A DNA stretch of 64,000 bases, taken from Amoebidium appalachense. Taxonomy: Eukaryota; Protista; Ichthyosporea. A program made the position numbers and the translations under genes. The notes beneath the pieces were generated by a model. That model was not told the origin of the DNA and searched no databases. It was given only the letters and a program-made list of their open reading frames with translations. The DNA is taken from the NCBI GenBank assembly GCA_963693365.1, contig CAVNZM010000015.1, positions 5,462,124 through 5,526,123 on the forward strand, written 5' to 3'. Positions 42,269 to 62,832 of the stretch are shown here, piece after piece. Numbering within the stretch: position 1 is the first letter of the stretch; each line of letters opens with the position of its first letter.

Positions 42269-42805
42269 ACACACACCCCTTTCCCACCCCTTTCCTTGCT
42301 CCCCCCCCCCCCCCCCCCCTCCCCCCCCAATAATAATAATAATAATAATAATAATCAACATAATAATAATAATATCGAAAAAATCATACTGTTCTCTCAC
42401 ACATACACACTCACACTCGCACTTACACACACTCTCTCTCTGACCCTCTCCCTCTCATTCTTTCTGTCTCCCCCCCCCCCCCCCCCCCCCCTTCCCTCCC
42501 TCCCTCCCTCCCTCCCTCCCTCCCTCTTTCTGTCTCCCTCTCTCTCCCTTTCTCTCTCCCCCTCCCTCGCTCCCTCCCTTCTCCCTCTCCCCTCCCCCTG
42601 CCCCCCTTTCTCTCTTTTTCTTTCAATCCCCACCCCCCCCCCCCCCCTCCCTCCCTCCGCCCCTCCACCGCCCACCGCCCACCCACTCACACACGCACAC
42701 ACCACCACCACCAGACACACACATACGTACACACCCACACACACCTATTCATGTTCCAGAAATCCCCTTGCTCTCTTTGGGACCCTCCCCCCTCCCCCTC
42801 CCCCC
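42039..42805. repeat. Inverted duplicate of 46860-47645
   Basis: Shares unique segments (GAGTGTTGTGGGGCATGATAAG..., AATATCGAAAAAATCA.ACTGTTCTC, CCTATTCATGTTCCAGAAATCCCC) and the same order of microsatellites. Confidence 0.9.
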
Positions 42806-43150
42806 GAGTGTGTACAGCTTACAGTTGTCGGGTACCCCATCGCGATGACGTCATCGATCCGACCCGATTCGGCCGGGTCGATGACGTCATCCGTCCGGTT
42901 CGGGTCGGTTTACGGATCGGGTCGGGGGAAATTTGGGCAAACTTGGCCCGAAATGAGTTCGTAGCGGCATTCGACGCAGCTCACCGAGCCTGTGCTGGCG
43001 GTGCAAAATTGTTTTTCGGATCGGGTCAAAAACTCGAGATTTTCGCTATCCACCCGGTAAGGGCTGCGCATCATACCACTATTGTAGTACACACCAAGGC
43101 CTCCTAAATAGCACACCGGTGTGCTATTTAGGAGGCCTTGGTACACACTC
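42806..43150. mobile_element. MITE-like element with 10-bp TIRs and internal palindromes
   Basis: GAGTGTGTAC (42806-42815) and GTACACACTC (43141-43150); perfect 50-bp palindrome at 43093-43142; two GATGACGTCATC motifs. No clear TSD. Confidence 0.5.
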
Positions 43151-43459
43151 AACCCCAGGGCATGCTGCAGTGACTATATGTGTAGTTGTTTTTATTGGCA
43201 GAAACTCCGCCCTGGCAAAAAATCCATGCACAAACTTTTAGTTAACATGATAATGCCATCACATAGATGGCCTGCTTACTGAAGTTTTAAGATAATGTTG
43301 AACGATCAACTTGGCCTCATGTCATGAAACTCATGAAACTCATTCATGACATTCATTCACATCTAGTACGTAGACTGCCCCTAGTAACTGGGATAACTAA
43401 CTGGGATAACAAAGAATAATTAGTCGCACCCTAGGCCACGACTCGAGTGCGTGTGGGGT

Positions 43460-43500
<41 letters not shown>

Positions 43501-43524
43501 CAACTTGACGGGCAGGCAGGGGGG

Positions 43525-43562
<38 letters not shown>

Positions 43563-43688
43563 ATCCCGTGTAATGACTCAGCTTGAGCTAGAACCTATTC
43601 GTGCATCCCCCCCCCCCCCCCCCCCCAAAAAAAAAAAAAAAAAAAAAAAAAGAAATAAAAATATCCTTGGAACGACAAACGACGTCAC

Positions 43689-50701
<7,013 letters not shown>

Positions 50702-50840
50702 GTTTACCAATCTGGTTAAAACATAAGATAAAGCATTGATGGCAAATAGATCTATTCCTCCCGGGCCTGGGCCTGCGGACGAGGAGAGGAGCGGCCCAAG
50801 AGTTCGAAGTTGTTTTTGTCTCAGTGAAGAGAGAGAGAGG

Positions 50841-50923
<83 letters not shown>

Positions 50924-51082
50924 CTATTTCTAATAGCTGCATAGGAGAGTTACGCGCTTAAAGCTAACTAGGGCCTTCATTCTCACATCTTCAGGCTTGT
51001 GCACATGCAACATCGCCCGCTGCCAGATGTACTATTAGTTACCTTCACTGTTGCAAACCGGTCGGGGCATCATTCGAGCACC
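50702..51082. promoter_or_regulatory. Probable bidirectional promoter containing a (GA)n tract
   Basis: About 380 bp between divergent candidate ATGs at 50701 (-) and 51083 (+); (GA)n at ~50845-50919. Confidence 0.4.
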
Positions 51083-52149
51083 ATGTTGTGGCAACAAGTT
51101 AGACCTCTCGGTTTTTTATTTAGGCCTAGGCCGACTTCTTCTAGGATGGCTTTTAGGTGTTTTTGTGAGTCCAAGAGGTATGAGTGCCCCCCCCCCCCCC
51201 CCCCTCCCCCCGGGCCCCCCCTCCCCCCTCCCCCTCCCCTCCGTGCTCATCTCACCCTCTTTCTCTCTCCTCTATTCCTGATCTTCCTCCCCCCCTCTCC
51301 CCCGTTCCCCCGCCCCCCACCCTCCTTGCTTTCCTCCCCCCAGCCCTATTCTGTCTCTTTTTGAAACACTATGGATGAGACAGATGGTTTCAGCCATGGT
51401 GTTTCACGTGAGCCGTTTTAGCGCATGCAGAAACCAATATGGACACACAGCGCCTTTCAACTCTGTGTGTTTCAGTTTTTCCGATCTCTATTCCTGCACC
51501 GGCTACCCATGCACTCTGTCAAGAGACCTCTTGCGTGCCCTAACTGGCTCTCAGTCTTGTTTTCAGCACGGGAGGTGTCGGGTACACATATCTTTTACTA
51601 TTTCAAACCCCCCCCCCCCCCCCCCCCCCCCTCCCCAACACTCACACCCACACCCACACACACACACAATGAAGCAAAAGGTGAAATGTATTGAAATACT
51701 GCTCTAATACAAAATATTCTAGTCCCCCCCTGCCCCCTCTCCCCTTCTCCCGCTTCCCCCTCCCCCCCCTCCCCTCCTCACCACCCTCCCCCCCCCCCCC
51801 CCCGCCCTCCCCCCCCCCCCCCCCCCACCTCCCCCCCCCCCCCCCCCCAATACACAAAATAAGTGTATAAAGTGGAATAATGAAATACTACATACCCCCC
51901 CCCCCCCTCCCCCCCTTCTCCCCTCTACCGCAGCCCGCCCCTTCCCCCCCCCCCCCCCCACCCCCTCCCACCCCGGGCCCAAAAAATAACCCGTGCACCA
52001 CCTGCAGGCCACACATACCTGTGCTTTTGCATGAGTGTATGGACGGGCTGAGAGCCGAGGCTGGTGGGCTGTTTATCGATGGCACGTTTGGTGCAGGAGG
52101 ACACACACAGGCAATATTGGGTGGGTGTAATGTGTGACTGTGTGTGTGC

Positions 52150-52223
<74 letters not shown>

Positions 52224-52365
52224 CGGTTTGTATTTGTGTCTCTGCTTTGCCGCCCACTCTCTCCGTGTGTGGGGGCATGAGTATGATATGTAGACAGCGT
52301 ATTTGGACATGTCAACTGAGCTCCATGCATCAGTCAAAACACTGTGTGTGTGTGGTGTGTGTGTT

Positions 52366-52463
<98 letters not shown>

Positions 52464-52473
52464 TGTGTCTGTG

Positions 52474-52554
<81 letters not shown>

Positions 52555-52779
52555 CGAGTGTGTGTTTGTGTGTCTGCTTTGCCTCCCACTCTCTCTGTGT
52601 GTGTGGGCATGAGTATGATATGCAGACATTGTATTTGGACATGTCAACTGAGCTCTATGCATCGGTCAAAACACTGTCTGTGTGTCGTGTGTGTGTTGTG
52701 TGTGTGTGTTGTGTGTGTATGTGTGTGTGTATCACCGTATGTGTATGTGTGGGGGTATGCGTATGTGAGCGTGGGTGTT

Positions 52780-52862
<83 letters not shown>

Positions 52863-53093
52863 TGTGTGACTGTGTGTGTGGGTGTCTGTGTGCGCGTGCA
52901 TATTTATGTGTGCTTGCCAGTGTGTGTGCTTGTGTGCGTGTGTACATTTTCCAGGTGGGATTTTGCTTGCACTCTACAAGTCTGCACGTGCGCATCCATC
53001 TAAATGTCCGCCTATTCACACACTTGCTCGCTGTCTTGCTGCATTCCGATATGTGATCAAATCTGTGCACGGGAGCCCTCCCTCCCCCCCCCC

Positions 53094-53137
<44 letters not shown>

Positions 53138-53207
53138 AAAAAAAAAATTTTAAAAAAAAAAAAAAAGTCTTTCTTCTTCTCTCATTCCATTGTTTTTCCT
53201 TTTTTTA

Positions 53208-53255
<48 letters not shown>

Positions 53256-55609
53256 TTTATTTTTATTTTTTTTGATCACTACCGCAATGCACACAGACAG
53301 CAATCCTTCGAATCGGGTCATAGGGATGGACCGTGACCCGAATGTACCCATGGCCCGGGCCAAATCCCTCAAGGCTATATATGGTAATCGGTTGGACTTT
53401 GTGCAGGGCCGGTTTGGATCCATGCTTGGGTTGCTTCATAACCATAGCATAAAGTCCGTGCCCCCCCCCCCCCCCCCCCCCCCCTACCGGCTTCCCCTCC
53501 CCCTCCCCCCCTCCCCCCTCCCCCCAACCACCCCCTCCCCCCCTTCCCCCTACCGGCTCCCCCCCCCCCCCCCCCCCCCCCCCACACACACACACGCGCA
53601 CACACCCGCACACATCTCACCCACTCTGCGCAGCATGGGTTCCTGCATGGTATCTTCCGTGTGTACTCTTGTGCAGTTCTAACCCGCCCACTGCCTGTAT
53701 CCTAATGCCACATATCCCCCCAACACACACTAGTACACCAGAGACCAACTTTGTCATTTATATATCCCTCCCCTGCCCCCCCCTCTCCCCCCTCCGCCCT
53801 CCCCTCCCTTGTTTCCCCCTTCATTGTTGTTGGCATCCCCCGGGCCAAAACCTCCTTTCCTCGTTGCACACATGTGACCGGCACACCAACTGCACGTGGG
53901 CACATGCCAGCACAGCCAGAAACACACACGTGGGCACATGCCAGCACAGCCAGAAACACACACGTGGGCACATGCCAGCACAGCCAGAAACACACACGTG
54001 GGCACATGCCAGCACAGCCAGAAACACACACGTGGGCACATGCCAGCACAGCCAGAAACACACACGTGGGCACATGCCAGCACAGCCAGAAACACACACG
54101 TGGGCACATGCCAGCACAGCCAGAAACACACACGTGGGCACATGCCAGCACAGCCAGAAACACACACGTGGGCACATGCCAGCACAGCCAGAAACACACA
54201 CGTGGGCACATGCCAGCACAGCCAGAAACACAAACGGGGGCAAATGGAGGGGGTTTGGTACTACTCCATATCCTCACAACATGAACGAAGCGAGGAAATG
54301 AAAAGGGAAACAAAAGAAAATGATCACACAAAAAGAGGAAAATAGGCGAAACCATAACCAAGTGGTTATTGCTAAAACACTTACTTCATGGGCACACCAC
54401 CACTCATCATTTTGCACAGGCCAAATTCCGTCGACGGCATTTTATTAGACCTTGGGATTTCTTCAATGCAGGTAACTGCCCCCCCCCCCCTTCCCCCCCT
54501 CCCCTAACACACCCACCCACCCACCCACCCCCCCCTCCCCCCAACCCCACAACACACACACCCACCCAAGCACACACGCGCACATGCTATCCCTTTCATG
54601 CTACATATCCTGTCTGTCTCCCCGTCGTACCCGTACCAAAAAAAGGGATGTTACAGGGGGCGTGATTGGCAACGCTACGACATGCTAGAATGTGTTTGCG
54701 TGTGTCTCAGTATGGAAATAAGTTGTTCCCTTGTGGTTATGGAACCTACAATGAAGGATTTCTTATAAAGCTTTTCTAAAATGGGGGAAAGAGGGAAATT
54801 GGTCACGTGTGTATATCGAGGGGGAAGGTGCTGTATATGTTTTCACCGCAGCTGAATGCTTGTCATGATATCTCCTACTTCGTACACTACCTTTCTCCCC
54901 CCTCCCCCCTTCCCCCCTCGCCACCCTCTCCTCCCCCCCCCCCCCAAAAAGGAAGAAAAAGAAGAAGAAAAGAAAGAAAGAAAAGGTGAAGGAAATAAAG
55001 GAACCATGAAAAATCACAATGAGAGCCATGCGCACACATCGGGCAGAGCCGTCCATGTCCACGTGCACCGTACACACAGACACATACACACAGACACGTA
55101 CACACAGACACGTACACACCGACACGTACACACCGACACGTACACACAAAATTATGCTTAAAGCACACACCTGCACAACCACCCACCCACCCACTCTAGC
55201 CACAACCAACCTTATACAGATAAAAAATAATAGGTAGGTCTAGAGGGATTGACTCTGATTGGTTCCTTCAGGTGGATGAGGCGTGGCGGGGATTTGGATT
55301 GGGGCAGGATGGCCCCCTAGATCTGCGCATGGACTCTGGGGGGGACGGCACGGCGGCAGATTTTGTGGCGAATTTGTCTGTGCAGCAGTTAGCAGAGGCG
55401 ATAGAGGAGGTGGGTGTGCACGTGGGTGGTGGTGAAACTACACACACACACATTCACACACAGACACAACGCATGCATGTGTTCGACCTACGTGCATACA
55501 CACGCTCACTCACACAGCAACACACACACACAGACGCACATACACACGTGCATGCATGCCACACACACACACACACATACACACACACACACGCATACAC
55601 GCACGCACG

Positions 55610-55671
<62 letters not shown>

Positions 55672-55680
55672 GAGAGAGAG

Positions 55681-55718
<38 letters not shown>

Positions 55719-56825
55719 ACGGGAGGGGAGAGAGACAGAGAGCAAGAGAGAGAGTGGGTGGGATTTTTTTTTTTTTCTTTTGGGGGGGGGGGGGGGGGGG
55801 AAGGGGGGAGGGGATAGAGAAAAAGAGAGAGAGAGAGAGCGAGAGAGAGGTTATGGAGATGCACACACATATTTTGCTATGATGTGCCTGTGTCCGTTTG
55901 TGTGTATGTGTGTTTGTGTGATTGTTTGGGCATGTCTGTAAATGTCCACATGGGCAGAGATGCATGCTTCTCCGCAGGTGTGTGTGTGCATGCACGTGTG
56001 CATACCTTTCCATTCATTCTCTGCATGCAACCCCCTAAGAGACATGCACACGTGCACACATAATACATGCGTACTGCACACATGCAAGTGCACACACGTG
56101 CTAACCCTCTCCCAGTACGGTGGTGAGCCTCACAATGTTGCCGAGCGAATTGCCGAGGCCATAGTCACCACACGTGCACACACCCCCATAGTCTGTACGT
56201 GTCTGCTTCCCCCCCCCCCCCCCCCCCCCCCCCCCTCCCCCCCCCCCCCCCTCCCCCCCTCCCCCCCTCCCCCTCCCCCATATATCTCCCTCTCTTTCAA
56301 CAAAACCCTATCACTTGATACAACCCAAGCCATTTGAGAGGGAGTGCTCTCAGATGGTTATTAATACGGTGTCATTAGAAGTGTCCTGGATATGGCACGG
56401 ACAGCAAGTGAAAGAGTAGTGTTGGGTTGACGCATGGTTAAAAGCCTGCAATGCGCACGTATGGGGGTGGAAAGAGAGAGGGGCAGGGAGGGAGGGACAG
56501 ACTAGAGGGAGGTGGTGGGATGGGTAGAGAGGGGGGACGGGATGAAGACAGGAAGGAGGAGGGTGAGGGGGAAGGGGGGGGGGGGGTAAATGGAGAGAGA
56601 GTGAGAGGGGAGGTAGAGGTAAGGAGGGGAGGGGGAGGGGGAGAAAGAGGAAGATAGGGAACGAGATTAGCGGGGGGAGGGTGGGGGGGAGGGGCGTTAC
56701 TGAAACATAGTTTCTGCTCTTTCTATGTCCTCTCAGGGTTTCCGTGTCCCTTCCCTTTTTTCCCTTTTCATTGCACTCAGTACTGTGTACGTCACCACAT
56801 TCTCAACGCCACCCCCCCCACCCCC

Positions 56826-56874
<49 letters not shown>

Positions 56875-57378
56875 GCACACACACACACACGCACACGCAC
56901 ACGCACACGCACACGCACACGCACACGCACACGCACACGCACACGCACACGCACACGCACACGCACACGCACACGCACACGCACACGCACACGCACACGC
57001 AAACGCACACGCACACGCACACGCACACGCACACGCACACGCACACGCACACGCACACCTACACACACAGCCACACGGCAGCTGTCAGACATTGTAAGTG
57101 CTGCCCTTCCCAAAAAGACAAAACAGGCACGAGCAGCAAAGAAGCAAGCAGGTACACTCCCCATGCTCTCTCTTCCCACCTCCCTCCCATCTTATGCTCT
57201 CCCAAATCGTCACTCCCTCGTTTTTGTTCTCCTTATGAAGATACCCCTCGCGGGGTGCATAAACATTTCCAAATTTGTTATCTGGCATCCTGTGCTAGTA
57301 GATCAGTTTTTGCGTGCGGTGGTGGTGGTGGCCGGGACCATGCGTTTTTTGAAATGGCTTCGTTTTATGAGAGAGGAA

Positions 57379-57409
<31 letters not shown>

Positions 57410-57661
57410 AAGCTGGGGGGCTGAAGAGAGGAAAGAACGTGTGTGCACGTGTGTGGGTGTGTGTGGGTGTGTGCACCCGTGAGGGATGGGGTGTGTATGG
57501 CGGAAGGAGGGGGGAAAGGAGGGGGGGGCGGAGGGGGGGAGGGGAATTGGGGGGAAGATAAGACCACCCACAACATGCCCACGCAGGGATGTTTGTTCTT
57601 CACCCCGCAACAAAAACATTTCAAGCCCTGCGCATCCTTGTCAACGATGAGGTATTTGCAG

Positions 57662-57704
<43 letters not shown>

Positions 57705-57928
57705 CCCGCCCTCCTCCCCTACCCTACTCCCGCCCCCTTGCCCGGCTCTTTGCCCATGCTCTCAGACCATATGAATACCATAGATAGTGTTCAATTCTGT
57801 TAATACATTCAAGTGCACGTGCATTCTCCTACACTATAAAACGTGTTAGAACATAACTTGGCGTAATGCCCCAATGTTTTTTGGAAGCATTCCCGGAGGC
57901 ATAATGTCTGCAACACATGCATAGGCAC

Positions 57929-57993
<65 letters not shown>

Positions 57994-57994
57994 G

Positions 57995-58043
<49 letters not shown>

Positions 58044-58195
58044 ACACACACACGCACACACAGACACACACACACACGCACGCACATGCACATGCGCACA
58101 CGCACACACACATGCACCCCCCTCCCCCTCCCCCCCTCCCCCCCCCACACACACAAGCTCACACACACTCGTGCGCACACACGCACACACACGCG

Positions 58196-58244
<49 letters not shown>

Positions 58245-58263
58245 ACACGCACACACCCACATG

Positions 58264-58357
<94 letters not shown>

Positions 58358-58824
58358 CACGCACACACACACACACACACACACACGAGCTTCCATGTAC
58401 TTGCATGCAGGCAAGCACGCACCAATGTGCATTTACCCAAAAACCTCAACCATCAGAATAGAGATATCTCTGCACCCACACTTCTTCCTCTTTTTGTTGA
58501 GTCAAAAAAGACGTGTGTGGAGTGTGGAAGGCACCGTGTGTTGCCGCGCCTTTTCCCCTTTCCTTGTTTGCAGCAGAGGGTTTTTTTTTGGGTTGGGGGG
58601 AGGGGGGGGGGAGGGGGGATGAGGGTTGGCGAGATTTGGATTTGTTTCGGGTTTTTTGGTTTTCACTGAGTGAGGGTATGGGTTGCAGACCAGTGAGCTG
58701 GAGAAAGCACTAGATGCGGCACCAAGTCTTTTGGATGTGGGGGGAGACTGGCTGGTATATCCTCCCCCCCCCCCCCCCCCCCCCCGCCCCTTAGATTTTT
58801 CTTTTTCTTTTTGGTTTTTTTGAG

Positions 58825-58879
<55 letters not shown>

Positions 58880-58889
58880 GTTGTTGTTG

Positions 58890-58931
<42 letters not shown>

Positions 58932-59037
58932 CTCTACGTCACTGCTACCGACAGAGTCTGGTTACATGGACACGAAGTACATGAATCTTCCAAACATCCC
59001 CCCCCCCCCCCCCTCCCCCCTCCCCCCTCCGCCCCCC

Positions 59038-59093
<56 letters not shown>

Positions 59094-59381
59094 TCGCACA
59101 CAACCAGCAGGCAAGGAAGAAGTATACTACTTTGAAACCAGAAACCTTCCTTTGACTTGAAATGAGATTAGGACAACAAAGGCAATTGTTTCACACATGA
59201 GTCGACCAAGATGGTCTTTTCTAACCCCCCCTCCCCCCCAAACACGTACACACACACAAACACAAACACACACACATCCCCCCCCCCCCCCCCTTCGACA
59301 CACCTTCACCCCAGTTATTTCGTTCCACTCCGGAGAAGACTCGATCGTAAAGAAGTATTTACGCACAATTTTTGGTAAGAG

Positions 59382-59417
<36 letters not shown>

Positions 59418-59926
59418 ACCCCCCTCGGGTTTTCATGGCACGTAACCCACCCACCCACCCCATCCCACTAGGAAACAGTACAACTTAGCCGCATGTCAAT
59501 GCTTTCCTTTTTAACCCCTTATGTTCTTCACACTTCATACTCAAAGAGAATACCACACTACTCATACGGAGATAGCATACACTGCACACATGGTTTTCTG
59601 TGCTTGGGTTCATGTGCTTTCAGTGTGGGTGTCACCCTTTTGTTCCTCCTCTCTTCTGTCCCGGCACCTTCCCTTGTCATCTTATTCTCACATCATTCCT
59701 AATCCCCCCCAAAAGAACACTCCCACAGCTTACTTCCTGTATGTTTTGGGGAATATGGCATGCCACCCCTGTGGCGCTCAAGTCTCAAAATCCCCCCCCC
59801 CCCCCCCCCCCCCTCCCCTCTTCCCTTCCAACGCACCCACCCATAACACACAAGGCACAAAACAGGCCAATGTGCAGCGTGCACACACAAACACGCACAC
59901 GCACACGCACACGCACACGCACACGC

Positions 59927-59970
<44 letters not shown>

Positions 59971-60111
59971 CTACTACAACCACCCACTGCAGCCGGACCA
60001 ACACCGCTCTTCAAAGAGATCACCCGCAAACCCATTGTTCCCAGCCAATCAGAAATCACCGCCAACCCACGTGCACGATCTGCCAAACTGCGGGTAGCTG
60101 AGAAATGCTAA
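51083..60111 (+). CDS. METTL15: Mitochondrial rRNA m4C methyltransferase METTL15/RsmH (MraW); 11 exons
   Basis: Exons: 51083-51177 (presequence-like), 52008-52120 ([19 protein letters not shown]), 53297-53453 (GMDRDP), 54420-54471 ([14 protein letters not shown]), 55272-55409 ([12 protein letters not shown]), 56116-56194 (YGGE), 57071-57151, 57587-57651 ([17 protein letters not shown]), 58689-58754, 59315-59374 ([12 protein letters not shown]), 59993-60111 ([14 protein letters not shown]). One extra G is needed in the run at 58739-58744 to restore GGRLAV and the exon phase. Confidence 0.93.
52220..52680 (+). repeat. Two ~125-bp direct copies (52220-52345, 52551-52680) embedded in (GT)n
   Basis: Both contain TCTGCTTTGCC.CCCACTCTCT..GGGCATGAGTATGATATG.AGACA..GTATTTGGACATGTCAACTGAGCTC.ATGCATC.GTCAAAACACTGT. 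Confidence 0.85.
53893..54232. repeat. Minisatellite, 34-bp unit, 10 copies, in METTL15 intron 3
   Basis: Unit CACGTGGGCACATGCCAGCACAGCCAGAAACACA. Confidence 0.95.
56890..57058. repeat. (CACACG)n hexanucleotide repeat before the METTL15 exon 7 acceptor
   Basis: Directly visible. Confidence 0.9.
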
Positions 60112-60185
60112 GATGCCATGCTTACCATATTTGGAAGTGGTGGCGTGGATAACCCTAAATAGCCTGGAGGGCATGAATGACCTTA

Positions 60186-61782
60186 TATGTATGTAAATCG
60201 GATCTAACGAGAAAAACTCTAGTGGTGATGTTCGTTTTTGCTGGTGATATTGGCTAATAAGTATGAATATCAGAATGAAATATAACCATAAATCATGATG
60301 GTGGTGTGTATCAGTGCGTACCATATATGGTCATAATGGCATATGAATGTCAGCTCAGATCCCCGGCACAAATGGTCATATCGAGCATGAATAATTTTAA
60401 TGTCGAGTACGAGGTATCCCCAAAAGCCTCAGTGCCCACCAGTACTGGGGAAGTGGGCAAGGTAGCTTCTATTGAACAGACAGTCTGCGTGACGCAAGTG
60501 CACACATTTGCTGTGAACCACATGGGGACAGGGAATTTCGATGACTGGTTAATACATGAATAAATGGTGGTGAGCTCATAATGATTCCTAACGGCTATAC
60601 AAGCACTTGGCACCATGTATGGTAAATACAGCAGAAATACACGTACAACCCCTCAACCCCTCAACCCCTCAATACCTCAATCATTCAGTTGTTTGCACAC
60701 TGGGCAACTGTGATGCTTGGTCTGTGGCGTTTTTCTTGAACGGGTAGTCAGCCGACAGCCCGGTTCGCACAAGGGCGTCCCACGTGTCCACCAGGGACCT
60801 TGCACGTGATGTCTCCATCTCCTTAGCCTGGAGCTGCATGTCCCTCTCATGCAGTTTCTCTTTCAGCTTCTCCATCTCTTCCTCCTGCTTCTCCTTCAGC
60901 TCCATTTCGCTTCGCAGCCAGGCCACCTCACCCTTGCCGCGCTCCACGTAGATGGTGCATGCGACAATTGCTGCAGCAAATCCTACCCATGTTCCAACGA
61001 CCGGAGTACTTTTCTTGAAGCTTTCTAGCACAACTTGGAAAGTACTTGCAGAAGGGCTGGCCATATCTGAAATATGTGAAACTGCTTGTCAGTCAACTCT
61101 GATGTCAGATGACATTAGCATGTGCCGTTCGTTCGTTCTCAAATTCTGTAAGATCTTTCCGAGGAATAAAATATACATAAATTGATATTTATTCTCAGAC
61201 AGCATCTCACACTACACCTACACACCCTCCCCCCCCCCCCCCCCCCCCCCCCCCTCCCTTCCCTTAAACAAACCAAAAAAGAGAGAGAGAGAGGGAATAT
61301 ATATATATATATATATCAGAAGCTGCCCCCCTCCCCCCCCCCCCCCCCCCCCCTCCCCCCCCTCCTTCTCCCCCCCCCCCCCCCCCCCACCCCCCCCCCC
61401 TGGATACCCACGGGCCCAGCTTTGGTCCATATGGTGCCCTGCGCCAACACACCACACATCTACGTGCCTACACACTATGCACCGTGGCACCTTACGCACC
61501 AAGTCCCAGTTACCTGCTTTCTCCCCCCCCCCACACACACACCCCTCTCAGTCCTCTCTCTCTTTCTCTCACCAGCACCAGCAACACTACACACTTGCCT
61601 ACCAACTACGCACACGCCTACTCACCTGCCCCCCTACCCACTTCCCAGCACAAAAAAAGCACCAATAAGACAAGAGGGGAGAGGGCACAGAAGCAGGACG
61701 CATACGAGCGGGACAGGGGGATGTGGGGGAAAGTAGCGATTGAGGTTGGTATCAGAGGCAGAGAAAGAGAAAGCGAGGCATG
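60186..61782. repeat. Segmental duplication, inverted copy of 40366-42036
   Basis: Ends TATGTATGTAAATCGG (60186) and GCGAGGCATG (61782) match the reverse complement of 42036 and 40366. Confidence 0.92.
60681..61064 (-). CDS. Intronless orphan protein, TM helix plus coiled coil (127 aa), copy B
   Basis: Inverted paralog of 41105-41542; convergent with METTL15. Confidence 0.65.
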   Translation of the reverse strand: MASPSASTFQVVLESFKKSTPVVGTWVGFAAAIVACTIYVERGKGEVAWLRSEMELKEKQEEEMEKLKEKLHERDMQLQAKEMETSRARSLVDTWDALVRTGLSADYPFKKNATDQASQLPSVQTTE

Positions 61783-61869
61783 TCTGTGGCCACCCTGCCC
61801 CCCACGGTGTTGGTTAACCCGTCAGATCCACGGGTTATACCAACACCCTCCCCCCCTGCCTGCACATTC

Positions 61870-62832
61870 TCACACCCGGGGTGACCCCTCCTTCCTCTTG
61901 GGGGTCGGGGGAGTGGGACCGGTGCTGTCCCGGTCCCCCCCCCCATCGCGTCGGGTGACATTTTGGTGGCTAACGTTAAATAAAGTTGTTCCCCCTCCTC
62001 CTGAGTCACCCTTCGAGCCGGCATCCTCCTTTTGGGTAATAAGAGAGACCTCTATACTACCAATCTCATTAGTGAAACTACCGACGGAAACACCTGACCT
62101 AATCACTATAGGCTCGATGCCCGGATTCACTAATTCTATTTCTATTGTCGTTTCCGGCCATACCCTACTAAGGGTCCATTGGGCCACCTCCTGAAATGGG
62201 GTTTTCGGAGTAAAAACCCCTAAATCCCCTATCCTAACATGATTGCCGGCCCGGACACGTACCGTTTGGCACTGATAAGGCTCGATTACTACTTCAGCTA
62301 CCGTTCTAGCACCAGACTGATAACCGTCGAGCCCATCATGGGTTTTAATTTTAACGCCGGACTGCAATTCTACAACATTCGTACGTTCAAACAAAGCATT
62401 CACATGTCTACGGAAAAATGGGGCTCCCAACAAAACACTTTGAGCTAAATCCTTAACCACATAACAAGCAATATGCATAGCCTGGCCACCTATCTCACAC
62501 GGCAACACACAAACACCTTCCACAGACATACTACTATTATTAGCACTACCTAAGGCTGTGCTAGAAGCATCTAAAATAGGAATTTCCCCCCCGGCCTGAT
62601 TAAAACGACGAATAAACGAAGCATGCACACAATTAACCTGAGCCCCTCCATCGAGCAAAGCAACAGCCTTCAACTTACCATCAGCTAACCATACGTCTAT
62701 ATAATGCCGGCTAAAACCAACTAAATCCTCCTCCAATTCAAGCAACACATCATCACTCACACCCAATCCCTGCCCACGAAGACTCACACCCTCGATACCT
62801 ACGTGCAACATACCTACCTGTGGTGCCTGCAC
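61870..62832 (-). mobile_element. Ty3/gypsy-like retrotransposon fragment: retropepsin aspartic protease plus downstream beta-rich region
   Basis: ALLDGGAQVNCV (active-site-like) and VLLGAPFF motifs, followed by VVIEPYQ..IELVNPGIEPIVIRSGVSVG as seen between PR and RT in gypsy pol proteins. No RT, RNase H or integrase motifs are visible in the window. Confidence 0.7.

Noticed and set aside
52275-52330. C/D snoRNA in the duplicated METTL15 intron segment
   Set aside because: C box is poor (ATGATAT), the span to CTGA is only ~37 nt, and I see no rRNA complementarity.
58739-58744. METTL15 pseudogenisation by frameshift
   Set aside because: One extra G restores GGRLAVISFHS and exon phase, and all other motifs are intact. 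Probably a homopolymer error; check raw reads.
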